Of a stretch of DNA of 64,000 bases, positions 1-12,941 are shown piece after piece. The notes under the pieces were generated by a model. That model made no database searches and was not told where the DNA came from. It was given only the letters and a program-made list of their open reading frames with translations. Source of the DNA: Cyanophora paradoxa CCMP329 (Eukaryota > Plantae > Glaucophyta); NCBI GenBank assembly GCA_004431415.1, contig QPMI01000614.1, positions 62,001 to 126,000 on the forward strand, read 5' to 3'. Position 1 is the first letter of the stretch; every line of letters begins with the position of its first letter. The position numbers were made by a program, and so were the translations under genes.

Positions 1-2670
1 CGCCGGGCGGAGCGGGCCACAGGGCGCACCGGCCCCGCGCGGGAGAGGAGATCGCCAGCGCCGAGCTGGCCCTCAGAGCCACGTCCGAAAGCGAGCACTT
101 GCCCGTTCGCTGCACAAGGCGTCGGTGTGATCGGACAGCGAGGCCGGGGAGGAATGCGAGCGGCAGGGCGCACCGGCGAGGCAGAGGGTGTGGAATCCGC
201 CGGCTGGCCCCGAGGTCGGTGAGGCGTGCGGACAGACGGGGAGCTCAGCGTGGGGGCGCGGACCGGCGGCGGAGCGGATTGGGAGGCCCTCGAGGGCGGC
301 GACGCGGCGTGGCACCCACTCGCCCTCCAGCGCCCCGTGGCCCAGCTGCCCATACGCGCCCCACCTGCCGCACGCGCTCAGTCATGGGCGCCGGGGGGAG
401 GGGAGGCAGGCGGGCCCGAAGGTGTATAGGTCGCCGCGGGAGGTGACGCATGCCGTGTGGAACGCCCCGCACGAGACCTCCACCACGGCTCCCGCCCCGT
501 CCCCCGCCGGCAGCCCCACCTGCCGCCCACGTCAGCCGTGCATCCAAGGGATGCGCGCGGTACGGGGCACCAGGGCCGGCGTAGACGAGTCGCGGGCCTC
601 GCGGCCGCGGCCGGTGCAGCCGAGCGGCCCGCTGCCCCAGCAGAAGAGTCGCCCGCCTTCGGTCACGGCCGCCGAGTGGTAGCCCCCACAGGCGACGGAT
701 AGCACGCGTTCGCCTCCGAAGCCCTCGACCCGCCGTGGCGCCGGTGCCTGCTCCTGGCGTCAGGGGCGGCGGCGGAGCGAGTGGCGCACGTTGCGCACGC
801 GGCGCTCGTCGCCGATGCCAAGCTGCCCGAACGCGCCGTACCCCATCGCGAAGACCGCCCCGCCCTCTGCGCGGCGCGTTGGCGACCGGAAGCGGCGACG
901 GGGGTTCAGCACGACGCACCGGAGAGGATGAGGGTGTGCGACCAGCCGAAGGCGACCTGGCGGGCGGCTGAGGACGGCGGGGCGGGCTCGCGGTGGCGGC
1001 GGACCTGGCGAACAGAAAGGCGCTCCAGGGAGGCCACGGGCCGCGGCACGGGTTGCTTCAGGTTCGTCTCGTGCCTGCTCAACCCGCGTCGAATCGCAGC
1101 GGTGGGCTCCAGGGCGCTCGCGAGCGCACCCGATGCGGCCGTACTTGCCGGAGCCCCAGGTGAGGAGGGAGCCGTCCCCTGCGGCGCGTGAGGGACGAGG
1201 GGAGAGGCAGGTCGTGAGTAGAGCACCGGCGATGGCGGCGGAGTGGTTCCAGCCGCAGAAGACGGCGCGGAGGGGCCCCGCGGCCTCGTCGAGCGCCGCC
1301 AGTGCGGGGAAGCTGCGGTCGGCCTCGTCCCCCGTCCCCAGCTGGTGGTGCTTACCCGCACCCCACGCCACCACCTGCCCGCCCCCCGCCCGCGTCCCGC
1401 GCACAGCCGGCAGCGGCGCCTCGTCGGGCCGGTGCGGGATCTCCGGCCCGGAGCTCTCGCGGCGGGGGGACTCCCGCTGGCCCCGCTGTGGCGCGCGGTG
1501 CTCATCCTCGAAGCGATCCTGCGGCGGCCAGGCCGGCTCCTCGCGATCACTGGCCGCCGGCGGCCGGCGCGGGGCGCCGCCGCCGCGCGTGGGGGAGACG
1601 CCGCGGTGCACGTCGGCATCGTGGGGGAGGCGGTACGCGGAGGCCGAGGCGCCTGAGCCTGGGTGATCCTCTCCCGCCCCCGCCGGGCCCCGGGCGCGCC
1701 AGAGATCCGTCGTGTCGATCAGCAGCACGCCCTTCCCCGTGTCCGTGACGTCCCCGAGCTGCGACCGCGTGGGCAGCCGCCCCTCGGGGGCAGCGGGGCG
1801 CGGGGGTCACCCGTGTAGTGGCCTTAGCAACGTTCTGCTCGTACGCGGCCGCGGGCAGCGGTTCACCGTTCCGGGGCGTCCCGTGCGCGTGGCGGAAAGC
1901 GTCGGCGAACTCGACGTGGCCGAGGTCCACGACGACCGCCTGAGAGCGATCGGTTGTCTGTGGGTAAAGAAAGCTCAGATAATGACTCACTTGGCTGTAG
2001 TCGGGGAGCGCGAAAGAGCCCAGGTTCCGCGCCGGGTCGTCCCAGACCGCCTCCGCCTTCGAAGCGCGGTCGAACAGATGGATTTCCATGTTCAGCGGGC
2101 TCGTGCCCAGGATCCTCTCGAGCTTCTCCTTGAAGGCGTCCAGCGAAAGCGAGTTCTTGAAGCGCTTGTGCGTCACGATGGGCAGCTGCACAGGCGTTAC
2201 GCCCAGCGCACGAGGGTCCCGGCTAGAGCACAGCGAACCTCAGAGTGGGTGACCACGAGCCACGTGGCTGGCTCGACAGGCTTCGGCAAGTCATCGTCCA
2301 AAACAGAAGCCGCCGCGGAGGCAGGCTCTTGGCGAGCGACGTAGCTCGTTACCGGCTTCGAGGCCAGCTGCGTGCCTAACAGCGAGCTTAGGGCTGGCTC
2401 AGGTGGCGCCTCCGGCTGCAACGCTGGCGCGCCGGTGCGAAAGGCCTCTGACACCGGGGCTGCAGCGATATGTACTGGCATAAACGATGCAGCTGCAGCC
2501 CCTAAGGCCTGCGGAGGCTGCCGGGTTGCCGTGGGGGGCGCGCTCGCGCCTGGGCTTAGCTGCGAAGGCTGCTGGAACACAGGTGGCGGGCCCTTGATTT
2601 CGCCGTGAAGCGTTAGGGTCCACAGCGGCGTCTGTGCATGCTGGCTCAGGGCACTGCCCGCGGCCTCCAT
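1..2670 (-). CDS. Multi-exon protein with a TBCB-like ubiquitin-like domain followed by RCC1 repeats (3' end runs off the window)
   Basis: Probable ATG at 2670 (MEAAGSALSQ). The exon peptide VTHKRFKNSLSLDAFKEKLERILGTSPLNMEIHLFD...LGSFALPDYSQ resembles the tubulin cofactor B Ubl domain. RCC1 motifs follow: VVAWGAGKHHQLGTGD, VFCGWNHSAAI, LLTWGSGKYGRIG, VAFGWSHTLIL, VFAMGYGAFGQLGIG, VSCGAFHTACVTSRGDLYTFG. Confidence 0.8.
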
Positions 2671-2780
2671 GAATGCAACAACCACCAGGTTCAAAACGCA
2701 AGGGGGGGGAAAGACCGAGGGGGTATCGATTGTGATCTCCGCCGCCGGTACCTCTGCCGCATTGCCAGCAGCAGGTAGCT

Positions 2781-3323
2781 ATGGAAATAGTGAGGCGCAA
2801 GGAGGCGCTGCGGCTGTACAAGTCTTTCATGCAGCTCGCAATCGACTACGGCGTCGCGGAGCTGCGGCCGCAGGCCAGCCTGCGGCCCTACATCCTCAAC
2901 GACACGCGCTCGCGGTTCAGGGTGCGCCTCGCGGCGGACTAGTGGTGCCTCCACCGAACGCGTGCCGATCCGCAGGCAAACGCCGGCGAGACGGCTGGCG
3001 AGCGAATTGACGAGCTGATAGACGAGGGGAAGAAGGAGCTAGTGGCCCTGCGTAAGATCCTCGACAATACGGCGAAGCGGAGACACCCGCGCACGGTGCT
3101 GCCATGCGCGTGCCGGTCTGCCCCTCTGACGGCGCTCGCAGGAGACGCCGGAGGATGCAGCGCGTGCGGCGCGGGCGCGCGTCATGTTCACGCAGGACGG
3201 CGAAGGCGCTCGGGAGCTAAATGCGCTTCGGCCCGGAATCCTCGATGCGCTTCGGTGCGCGGGCGCCTGGCGCTCGTGCCGCTCGCACCCAGCCTGGCAG
3301 CCCTGCAGATGTACCTCTCTTAA
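2781..3323 (+). CDS. LYR-motif (Complex1_LYR family) small protein, about 4 exons; 3' end uncertain (about 3220-3323)
   Basis: MEIVRRKEALRLYKSFMQLAIDY...YILNDTRSRFR, then an intron, then ANAGETAGERIDELIDEGKKELVAL. This is the LYK motif with the downstream R..F and helix pattern of LYRM proteins. Confidence 0.75.
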
Positions 3324-4407
3324 TCAAGACGCAGATCATTCTTTGGCGGCAGGTAGACATGATCAAGGCAGCACATGTACAGTTTGAGCAATGATCATGA
3401 GCAATGATCATGAGCACGGGAAAGCGAACTCCGCGGCTCCGGTCTGGATGTGGGCTACGTACTATGGTAGCTCAGCTGGGGGAGGTCTGGATGTGGGCTT
3501 CTCGGAGGGCGCGGTTCGAAATCTCTTCGGTGTTGTCGATGTCCCCGCCCGCGCCGCTCGCTTGCAGGCCGCCGCCCTGCGCGCCATTATCCGCCTCAGG
3601 TTCAAAAGCCGGCTCCAGGGACGCCTCAACGTCCAAGGTCGTGCCGCTCGGAGCCCGCATCGCGACGCAATTGCAATCTGGCGCGGCGCGCACGCGCGCG
3701 CTCACGGTTAGGAGGAAGCTGCGGGAAAAGGAAGCGGCCCGGCGGACCAGGACACAGGCCAGACTCAGCGAGCACGTTCGGATGATCTTTCCAGACCTCT
3801 GCGAGCACGTTTGGATGATGATCGTCAGGCGCTGTAACGTGTGCGGGGCGCCGAGCGAGGCGCGAGAGGTGCTGATCATGATCTTCGAATTCGCGGCCCG
3901 CGCGCCACGCACGCGAGAGCTAGCGGTAGCGGACCTTCGAATTTCGAAATGTTGTCGCTCACCTCTGCAGGCGCACGCGCGACGCGGCGCAAGCTCTTAT
4001 CCAAGCTGTACGCCTTGGCGCGGCGGGCGCGAACCGTCCATCGATTTGATATTGCGCGCCATTGCAATTGTGGGAATCTCCAGCGCGAGTGGGTTCGAGA
4101 ATTGAAGCGCAACGCCCCCACCAGCGCTCTTTTTTGCTTGCGGGGGGTAGAGCGTACTTCGGGTTTCTCAGAGTCGTGGCATCGAGTTGCGTGAGCGGGC
4201 AGCCTCCCCCGCCCAGCGCGGTACGCTGCAATCGCTGCCGCGCAAGCTTAGTAGACGCTCTGTCTGGGCGCCAGCGGAGAATTGTCTGGCGGACGAACTG
4301 GTTTGACTTGGCCCGGAATCTCAGCCCGGCAGCGCTGCGCGACCCTGGAAGCCTGCGCGGCAGTCTAGATATATCGTTTGGACACCCTGTATCGAGCGTA
4401 CCGGGAA

Positions 4408-6632
4408 ATGGAGCTCCTCCGTTCCGGCGAGGACGCCGCCCCCTTGCACGATCCTTCCTCATGGCGCCCACCCGAGAGGCCCCCGGAGCTTCTGACGGTG
4501 CGTTTCTTTCGATTTAGCGGGCGTACGTGAGGCGATTAGACCGTATCCGCGCTATATCGGGTGACGAAGACAGCTCCGCCACGCGCGCATAGCCGCGGTT
4601 ATGTGCGCTCTAGATTGTTCGCTTATGTGTGAGGTTGGTGCTCCCGGTCCCCCGAGCGGATAGTCACTTCGGATCGATATCTCGAGGCGCCGGCGCGGCG
4701 CGGCTCGCTTGCGCACACGCGTGCGCAGCGCTATGGCTAGCTGCAGCTGCCGGCGCCTGATCGCTTGCGGACGTCCACGTGCGCAGGGTGAGAGCCTGCT
4801 GTCTGTCAAAAGAAAGGCCAAGGTTCTTTCCTTCCCGCGCATCCGAAGCCCTCGATTAATCGGGTCGCAGATGCACGTTTGCACGCGGGGCATGCCGGGG
4901 CGTGTGGTTCTCTTCGCCCCTGGACACGTATACCTGAACAACAAGCGCATCGTTTTCGTCCCCGCCAGCCGCTCCCTCTCCTGCATGAACTTCCCCCTCA
5001 AGAACGTGGAGGACGAGTGCCTCGTGAACCGTGCGCAGCTCCCCGCGCGCTGCCTTGCACCGCGCATCGCCGGCGCAATATCTAACGCATGCGCTGTGCG
5101 TGCAGTGGTGTTCGGGGTCAAGGCGATCCGGTTCACGTGCAACCGCCAGCCGATGCCCCTGGTCGTCAAGATTATTTTGGACAAAGACAATCGGGCTCCA
5201 ATCTACCTCCTGCTCCTCTCGTTCCTCGCACAAGTCAGGTTCGAGCGCCACTCCGGATCCACCCTCGATTCGAGTCGATTCGAGCTCAAGACTGTGCACG
5301 CGGCAGGTTCGGGAGGGGCGCGCGGGCGTTCGGGGGGCAGCCCGGCGTGCTGGACCGGCCGGTGGCGACGGGCGGGCGGAGCGGGTCGCTGGCGCCGTCG
5401 GAGTCGCCGTCGACGTCGTCGCGGTCGGTGGCGGAGGACGCGAGCCTCACCGCAAGCGCCAGCGCCCCGTCCCTCGCATCCGCCTCCTCCGCCTCCGCCT
5501 CCCTCGCCTCCTCCCCCTCCAGCGCCGCCTCTACCCCCCGCCGCCCCGCCGACGTCCACCCCCCGCCCCTCGACCTCCCCTCCCCCGACCCGCGCCGGCC
5601 CCGCTCCCGCCGCTCGCTCTTTGCCGCCTTCTCCCGCGCCGCTGCTGGCGACGGCGGCCCCACCGCCCCCCGGCCCGCCACCGCGCCGCCAGCTGCAGGA
5701 GATCCCTTCCAGTCTGGCGGCAAGGGGGTGCCGGTGACGGGCACGCCAGAGGGGCGGCGGGTGGCGTTCTGGGACCCGGCGTCGCAGGCAGTGCACCTTG
5801 CGGTGGAAGTGCCGCGTGCGTGGGACGCGGCGCGGGCCGAGGAGGAGGCCGAGGCGCGCGAGCCCTGGCAGCGGCCCTCCCGCCTTTACTCCCGCGAGGA
5901 CGTGCGCCGCCCCGCCCCCCACCCGCGCCCCCGCCCGGGGCCTCACGGCCGTTCGCGCGAACGCAGTTCGACCGCATGGCCGCCGAGATTGAGACCATCG
6001 TCCGCCGCAAGGTACCTTGCCCCACCCTCGTCCTATCGTGGGCCCCGAGCCGCGCGACCGTCTTACTGACCGGGGCTCTGCCCAGGCGCGGCGCTCCAGC
6101 GGGTTCTTCGGGCGAAGCCGGCGCGGGGGCGCGGGCTCGGGCGCGGGGGCTGCGGAGGGTCCCTCGCTCGGCCTGCACTGCTTCCTCTCCCTCCGCATGG
6201 AGACACTCGGTGCCTCCCTCCGCCTCCGCCTCACCGCCCCGAGACTCGGCAAACCGCGGCTGACGCGAGGGCGTGCCCTCCCGCGCGGCAGGGGAGCTCT
6301 TCGGCATGGAGCTCGTGCCCCCACCGCTGGAGCTCGACGAGCTGACTCCCGCAACCGCCCTGCCGCCCGCTGCGGCTCGGGCTGCCCCCAACGACACCGG
6401 AGCAGCGGAGGTTACGCGGGAGGTGCCGGCCGCGGCCGCTGGGTCGGCTGGCGCCGGCGCACGTGGTCAGCGGCCCCGGGCGCCGCACGACCGGCGCGAG
6501 TCGGCGTCGCACGGCCACGGCGCCGGCGCCGGCCATGGCCACGGCCACGGCCACGGCCACGGGGCGCACACGCCGGTCCCTATCCTCGACCCGCGACCCG
6601 GCGGCGTCCTCTCCGTCGTCCTCGCCCCGTGA
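4408..6632 (+). CDS. Multi-exon protein with an N-terminal GRAM/PH-like (WBP2-like) domain and a Ser/Pro/His-rich tail; start uncertain
   Basis: PGHVYLNNKRIVFVPASRSLSCMNFPLKNVEDE resembles the G-x-x-Y-L-T/N-N-x-R-x-I-F GRAM signature. The last exon ends HGHGHGHG...GVLSVVLAP* at 6632. Confidence 0.55.
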
Positions 6633-7110
6633 ATCCGAGCTCGCGATCGGGGCGAGCGCTCGAGGCCTCGGCTTGGCCAGCTGCCAGGCTGCAGCTGCCA
6701 GGCTGCAGGAACCGGGCCGGGCCTTCCTAGAGCCCGGCGGCCTGCAGCTGCATTTTTTTCGCATGTGCACAGCTTTCGCTTCTAAACTTTGAAACAGCCG
6801 GCGTTCCATGTACATGCAAAATCCTGTTCTTGTAAATTAACTATACGTATACTTACTGCGATCATGATGACCTTCGGACGCGCTGACGTACGCGTTAATT
6901 ATAACAATCGCCGGCGCGGTGCATGCCCGGCCGTGATGAACGATCCTCTTGCTTCTTCGATTCAATTTGAGCGCGGGCCGGGTACTGCATGCGTTCGAGC
7001 CGAGAACCAGGCTTGCCGAGTCCGACGGTCGACGTCGCAGCTGCAGCCGCGTATATACCGTAGTAGTACGTACACGCGCGCGCCGCGCGAGCGGCCCGGC
7101 GGCGGGGCCC

Positions 7111-8908
7111 ATGCGGGACCGGAGCTACAGGCTTGGGAGCCCAGGGCCCCCGGAGCGTCGAACCCTGGCGCTCGACCAGCTGCTCGATCTGGGGCTCAGC
7201 GAGATCCCGGAGCGCGCGCTGGACGCAGGCTCCGAGCTTTGGCAATCTTTCCGTTTGGCCGAAATGCGCGAGCTAGACCTCAGCGCAGCCGAGCGCCTGC
7301 AGCCAGCCCGCCTCGCGCAAATCCTGGCGGATTCGCCTCGGCTACGCTTCGTCGCCGCGAGTCTCGCACCAGCGGACAGGGATTCAAGCGTTTCGGCGCT
7401 CGAAAACGCCGTGCGTCGGCTGGACGACCTGCGCTCTCTGGTTCTGAAGGTGCGCATGCGTGGCCCATGGCCGCGCAAGCCGCGGCCGCGGCCGGCACTT
7501 GTCGAACGCGGCGCGGCGCCTCATGAACGGAGCGCGGCAGGGCCCGTTCGTGGCGGACCTAGCGATCGTGGCGCGCCTCGTCGAGCGGGCGTCGGAGCGC
7601 GGGGCGCTCGAGCTGCTCGCCGTCGAGGCGCGCGAGTGGCGCAGGGGGGACGCCGCCGGCTTCGCCGCCCTGCTGCGCGCCGCCCGCCGCGTCGGCACTC
7701 TCCGCCTGGGCTCGCCCCTGGGGGCCGAGCAGGCGTGCGCCCTCTTCGCGGGGCTCCCAGACATGCGGGGCCTGCGGACCCTCGCGGCGGCCGTGGAGGC
7801 GGAAAGCGCCAGCATGTCCGGCCTCGCGGCGGCCGTGCAGGCGGGCCTGCGGGGCAGCCAGCTAGAGACCCTTCACCTGACCCTCGACGGCTCCTTCGCC
7901 TCGTCGCTCCCCGCGGGGGCGGCCCTGGCGGCGGCGGCGGCCTCGGGCCGGAGCCTGCGGGAGCTGGTGCTGCGGGGCTTCCAGCTGCTGGACACGGGGG
8001 TGCCGGCGCTGGCGAAGGGCCCGCGCCTGCGCCTCGCCATCCTGGACTACGATCCCGCCACGCTTCTCGACGCGCGGGGGCCCAGCTCTTGCCCCGCCCC
8101 GCGCCGCTTGCTCTCCGCCCCCTCCCTCTCCGCCTTCGCCATCTCCTGCTGGCGCCCCGGGCAGTACCCCGCGCGGGACGCCTGGGGCGAGGCCCTGCGG
8201 GAGCTGGCGGTGGACAGCCCGGAGGACTGGCAGGTCGCCCGCCTGGCCCTGCGCTCCTGCCCCGCCCTCGTCCGCCTTCGCTTTTGCATCGCGGAGGAGG
8301 GGCCGGCACCGGCGCCCCCCGGCGAGGAGGAGCGGGCGGCGCTCGCCCGCCTCGCCTCGCTCCGCCTGCGCTGCGAGGCCCGCGGCTGCGCCCTCGCGGT
8401 CTGGCTCGCCGCCGCCGTGCGCGCCGCGCCCTGCCGCGCCCTTGAGGACGTGGCCCTCGCGTGCCCGCCGCCCCCGCGGGACTTCGCGGCGGCCTACTGG
8501 GAGGCCCTCGCCGACTGCTGCCCCGCGCTGGAGGCAGCTGAGGGGCCCTGGGAGCCCGCTGCCGGCCTCCCCCGCGACCTCCTCGCCCGCGTGCGCGCCC
8601 TCCGGCTCTGCGGGCCGGCCGCGGAGGCGGCGGCTGGCGATCGCGAGGCGGTGGAGGCGCTCCTGCGGGGGGGCCCGCGCCTCGAAGACCTCCGGCTGGA
8701 CGCCCTCCGCGCCGACCCGCGGGAGGACGTCGGACCCCTGCGCGACGCCGTGCGGGCGCACGGCCGCCTGCGCCGCCTCGTCGTCGACGACGCCGGGCCG
8801 CCCGCCGCCCGCTTCTCCCTCTCCAACGCCATCGACCTCCTTTCCGACCTCGCCGACCCGCCCTGCCCCCTCGTAGACCCTTGCATCTCTTGCTTCGCAA
8901 GCCCCTAG
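7111..8908 (+). CDS. Leucine-rich-repeat (RNI-like) protein, 2 exons
   Basis: Exon 1 about 7111-7449, GT-AG intron about 7450-7540, then a long exon to 8908. LxxLxL repeats: LRELVLRGF, LETLHLTL, LEDLRLDA, LRRLVVDD. Confidence 0.55.
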
Positions 8909-9181
8909 CCCCCGCAACGGTCCCCGGCCCCTGCCCCGCGCGTGTCGCCTTCGTCTGCGGCCACAGAGATGGAGCGAGGTTGAGTTTAACAAATCTAGTT
9001 GATCCCGAACCTAGCAGCACCCTCGCCGCGTGCACCTGAGTAGACGTGGGCACGCCCTAGCCCCTCCCTGCCTCAGGAGGGTGCAAAGACTGCACGTAAA
9101 ACTCCACGGAGCACACTGCGGCTTCCTACCTTGAAAAAGCTAGACTGATGACGGGCTGGCTAGGGGCAACCGGCCCGAGGG

Positions 9182-10133
9182 TCACTGGCTCCGGAGCAAG
9201 TGCTGGATCTTAAGGTCCTTGTCGACCACCGCGAGGATGTTCGTCTCCTTAATGAAGTCGATCCTGCGCGCGCCGCGCCCCTCAGCGACCGGCCTGCCCC
9301 CGCGCCCCCGCCCCCGCACTTCTCCTCGCCGAACGATTCCTGGATGAAGAAGCCCGCGGGCATGATGACGCTGCGGCGCGGGCGTGAGCGACGCCTGCGG
9401 CCTGCAGGGGCGCCTGCCGCACCGATCGCCGACGCTGACGGACACGGGCTCGTACACCTCCTTCTTCTGACCCTGCGCGAGCGCGCATCACACGGCCGTC
9501 ACCGCTGCCCCGCCAGCAGCCACGTGCGGACCTTCGAGTTGTAGTAGTCGCGGTAGATGCCCGGCCCGTGCGCTGCGAGGGCCGCTCAGGCTGGACCAGC
9601 GCGGATCACAGCACGGCGCTGCCGGGGGCAAGTGCCCCGGTCGCGGTGCAGATGCGCTAGCTGCAACGCACCGATGACCTCGCCGACGATGAACTGCTTC
9701 TCGAAGTCGCTCGCGTTGTCCGGCAGCAGGATGCCACCGGCGGTCTTCTTCTTCACCTCCTCGCGCCGCACCGCGACTGCTCGAATCGCATTAGCGGCTA
9801 CCATCGCTCCCTTGCGTGACGGGATCGTGACGGTTCGCACCGAAATCAAGCGAGGGCCTGACCTGCGAAGAATCTCGAGGCTCAGCGGATGCGCGATCTT
9901 GGGAGGCGGGCAATCCTGACCTTGCCTCCGTTCTTGGCCGTGTACTGGTAAGCGACGCGTCCCGACGGCAGCTCTACACGTTCCGAAGCGCCGGGCTCGC
10001 CGCAGAAGATGGTCGCAGGGGCGCGCTGGGGCGGCAGGGCTGCGCTCCGGGCGGCGGGCCGGATCTGCGCCGCTCCGAAGAAGACGCGCCTCTCGGCGAG
10101 GGGCTGAACGAGGCCGATGCTGAACGCCGCCAT
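9182..10133 (-). CDS. cpn10: Plastid-targeted co-chaperonin Cpn10 (GroES family), multi-exon
   Basis: Transit-like N-terminus MAAFSIGLVQPLAERRVFFG. GroES motifs VAVRREEVKKKTAGGILLPD, GEVI, PVSVSVGDR and FIKETNILAVVD. Confidence 0.8.
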
Positions 10134-10189
10134 GTTGACCGTGTACCCGCGTACAGCTGGGTACAGGGTTCGCAGGGGGGAGCGCCGAC
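10134..10189. promoter_or_regulatory. 56-bp bidirectional intergenic region between the cpn10 and cemA start codons
   Basis: Divergent ATGs at 10133 (-) and 10190 (+). Contains the inverted repeat TGTACCC (10142-10148) / GGGTACA (10159-10165) and three GTAC cores. Confidence 0.55.
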
Positions 10190-12426
10190 ATGGAGGCCTT
10201 CAGCAGCGGGGCTCCGCTTCCGCTGCGGGAGTCACCTGCACCTCCGCGGGTCGAAGTTCCGCGCGTCCTAGTCCAACCGGCAGTCGCAGCTTGGCGCGCA
10301 CCCGGAGGCGCGCTGCAGCCTGACCGCGGGTTGAGGGCAGGCCTCGGCCGCTACCAGCGGAACACGCTGGGCTTCGGCCGCGCTGGTCTTTGGGGGGCGC
10401 CCGTCCGGCGCTTCTGGTTTGCCTCGGCCTCAGCACGCCAGCGGGCTCCCGAGCTGTATCGGATATTGGCGGCCCAGCGACGGGAAGACGAGAGCGGCTC
10501 GCGCCGGGGCCGCCGCCCAGACACGCCTGGTTCGCAGAGCGCGCGTGCCGAGAATCGCTTGGTGAAGCGTGGCTCTCACATGCTACGCCCGGCAGGCGAG
10601 TTCGTAGAGGATGTGGAGTACGTGGAAGACGAGGACATCGCGGGCGAGGATGTGCAGTACATGTCGGCCCCCGTCCCCGCCCACACGCTGCCAAAGCCGA
10701 CGACCCCGGCCGCCCGCAGCGACGAGGTTATCGAGGAGCTCGAGGGGCCGGGCGCAGCTGTTCGGAAGCCGCGGAAGGGGCCGGTGCAGTCTGTGAACGA
10801 CATCTTCTACTCGACCGGCATGATGCGCGACGGCGACACAAGCGATTTCACGTGAACGCCCCGCCGGTTCGCTGGCTTCCGCGAGCTGACCCCTTGTGCT
10901 CGAAGCGATGCGGGCGGGCGGCCTCCGCGGCGGCGAGCAAGCCGCGTCGAGCGATACGACGCGCTGAGCGACGAGGAGCGGGCGTACATGCGACGGCGGC
11001 GCTCCTCCCGCTCGGACCGCCAGATCGGGACCGGTGGCGCTAACAGGCGCTCGAACGGTGCTGCCCAGCGCGTCGAAAGCGTGCGTCGGCGGCAGCCGGG
11101 CGGCGACCCCCGCCCTGGCGTTGTGCGCTGAAGCGGGGCGCGGGCAGCGGGCGCGCTCGCTCCTCGCGACGTTTCTTTCGGACGGGCAGTACGTCGACGA
11201 GGACGCCGTGGCGGAGGCGAGGAGGACCCCCCCCCGCCCCTCGGTTCCTTTCGCTGAGGCAAGGGCTCCTCCCGCGCGGCAGGCCCTCCGCATCCGGCGG
11301 GAGCAGACGATCATTGCTCTGCGCTTCCTCGTCTCCATCCTCTTCCTCCCCTTCGCCCTCTCCTCTACCGTGAAGACTTTCGTCTTTGGCGCGCCGCGCT
11401 GCCCGGCCGGCGCGGCGCGGTCGGCTGACGGGGCGGGGCAGGGCCGATCGTGGACATGCGGCAGTCGCAGCAGTCGGAGATCTTCCTCAACGAGACGATG
11501 GAGGAGCGCGCCTTCTCCGAGCTCCAGCGCTTCGAGGCCCGCCCGCCCCGCCCGCCCAGCCGGCACCGGGGGCGGCCGCGAGCGTCGCGCAGGAGCGGCT
11601 TCACTTCGAGATGCTGATCGGGAAGATCCCGAAGATGGACCACGAGGCTCTCGAGGAGAAGCTCAAGGACAAGGCCCTCGCCCTCGCCGACGAGGCCCGC
11701 CCGCCCGCCCGCCGGCGCCGCGGCGCGCTGCCTGACGGCGCGGCAGTACCGGCACGAGGGGGCGGACGCCCTCAAGAACGTCCTCTCCGACCTCTTCTCC
11801 CTCGCCGGTCCGCCCGCCCCGCCCCGCCCCCGAGCGCAGCCCCGCCGACGGCGCCGCAGGGACGGCCCTCTTCCTCCTCTCGCGCCGCCGCGAGGTCTCC
11901 GTCTTCAAGGGCTTCCTCGACCGCGTGCGTCCCGCCCCGCGCCGCGGCGCCCCGGGGGCCTGAGGGGGCGGGCAGTCGATCGTGGGGATGTCGGACACGG
12001 CCAAGTCGTTCATCATCATCATCCTCTCCGACATCCTCGTCGGCTTCCACTCCCCGCACGGGCGCGCCCCGCCCCGCGCCCCACCCCGCACGCCCGCCTC
12101 ACGCCCCCCGCAGCTGGGAGGTTCTCATGGAGAACTGGGCCCGCCACTGGGGCATCGGCGAGGCGCGCCTCCCCCCGCACCCTCTCGCTCGCCCGTGCGA
12201 CCCCCCCGCGCAGAGCCGGGAGTTCATCTTCGTCTTCATCGCCACCTTCCCCGTCATGGTGGTGCGCCCCGCCCCGCCCCCGTTGCCCCCCGCGCCCGGC
12301 GCGGGCCGACGAGGCCGGCCCGGGCGGCGCGCGCAGGACTGCCTGCTGAAGTTCTGGATCTTCAACTACATCAACCGCATCTCGCCCTCGTCCGTTGCCA
12401 CGTACCGCGCAATGAACGACGGATGA
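10190..12426 (+). CDS. cemA: Nuclear-encoded CemA/Ycf10/PxcA proton-extrusion envelope protein with a transit peptide, multi-exon
   Basis: N-terminus MEAFSSGAPL. The spliced C-terminus [87 protein letters not shown] matches the CemA/PxcA signature. Confidence 0.92.
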
Positions 12427-12941
12427 GCGGCCGTCCCCTCGGCGACTCTCGCCGTTTCTTTAAATTCCTTCTAGCCCTAGTCCCGGGGTAGCGTAGGAGT
12501 TCTTTAGGTATGTACCGATGCTGTAGGTATAATCTACATCTCTATCGAACAGCCTGGCAGCGCGCGCGTTGCCCGGCCGCCGTTGCCGCAGTGCCGCCGC
12601 CGCGGCCGCACGCTCAAGAAGGTTAGGCCTGAGGGGACCTTTAGTTATGTGCAATCGATGCATACTAACGGATTACCGGCGCTCAGCGGCTGGAATAGCA
12701 TGCGCATGCGCATGCGCAGTTCACGTCGACCGAAGCCTTGCATTTGGCTGCCTTGCTATGACAAGGGTATTGTATCGTACTACACCGTGCGGTACCCCGG
12801 CCGGCCGCCACAGCCCCCCAGATCCCCCATCGCATCTGCGGCGCACATCGACATATTTAGACTGCGACCACTCTCTGGACCGAAGTCACGACTACTTCGT
12901 CGCATCGGCCAGCAGCGCGACTCTTGCTTCAGGCGCCGGCA

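Noticed and set aside
3472-3912. Minus-strand ORF with an acidic C-terminal stretch (DVEASLEPAFEPEADNG...)
   Set aside because: No recognisable domain or convincing gene structure; it sits in palindrome-rich spacer DNA.
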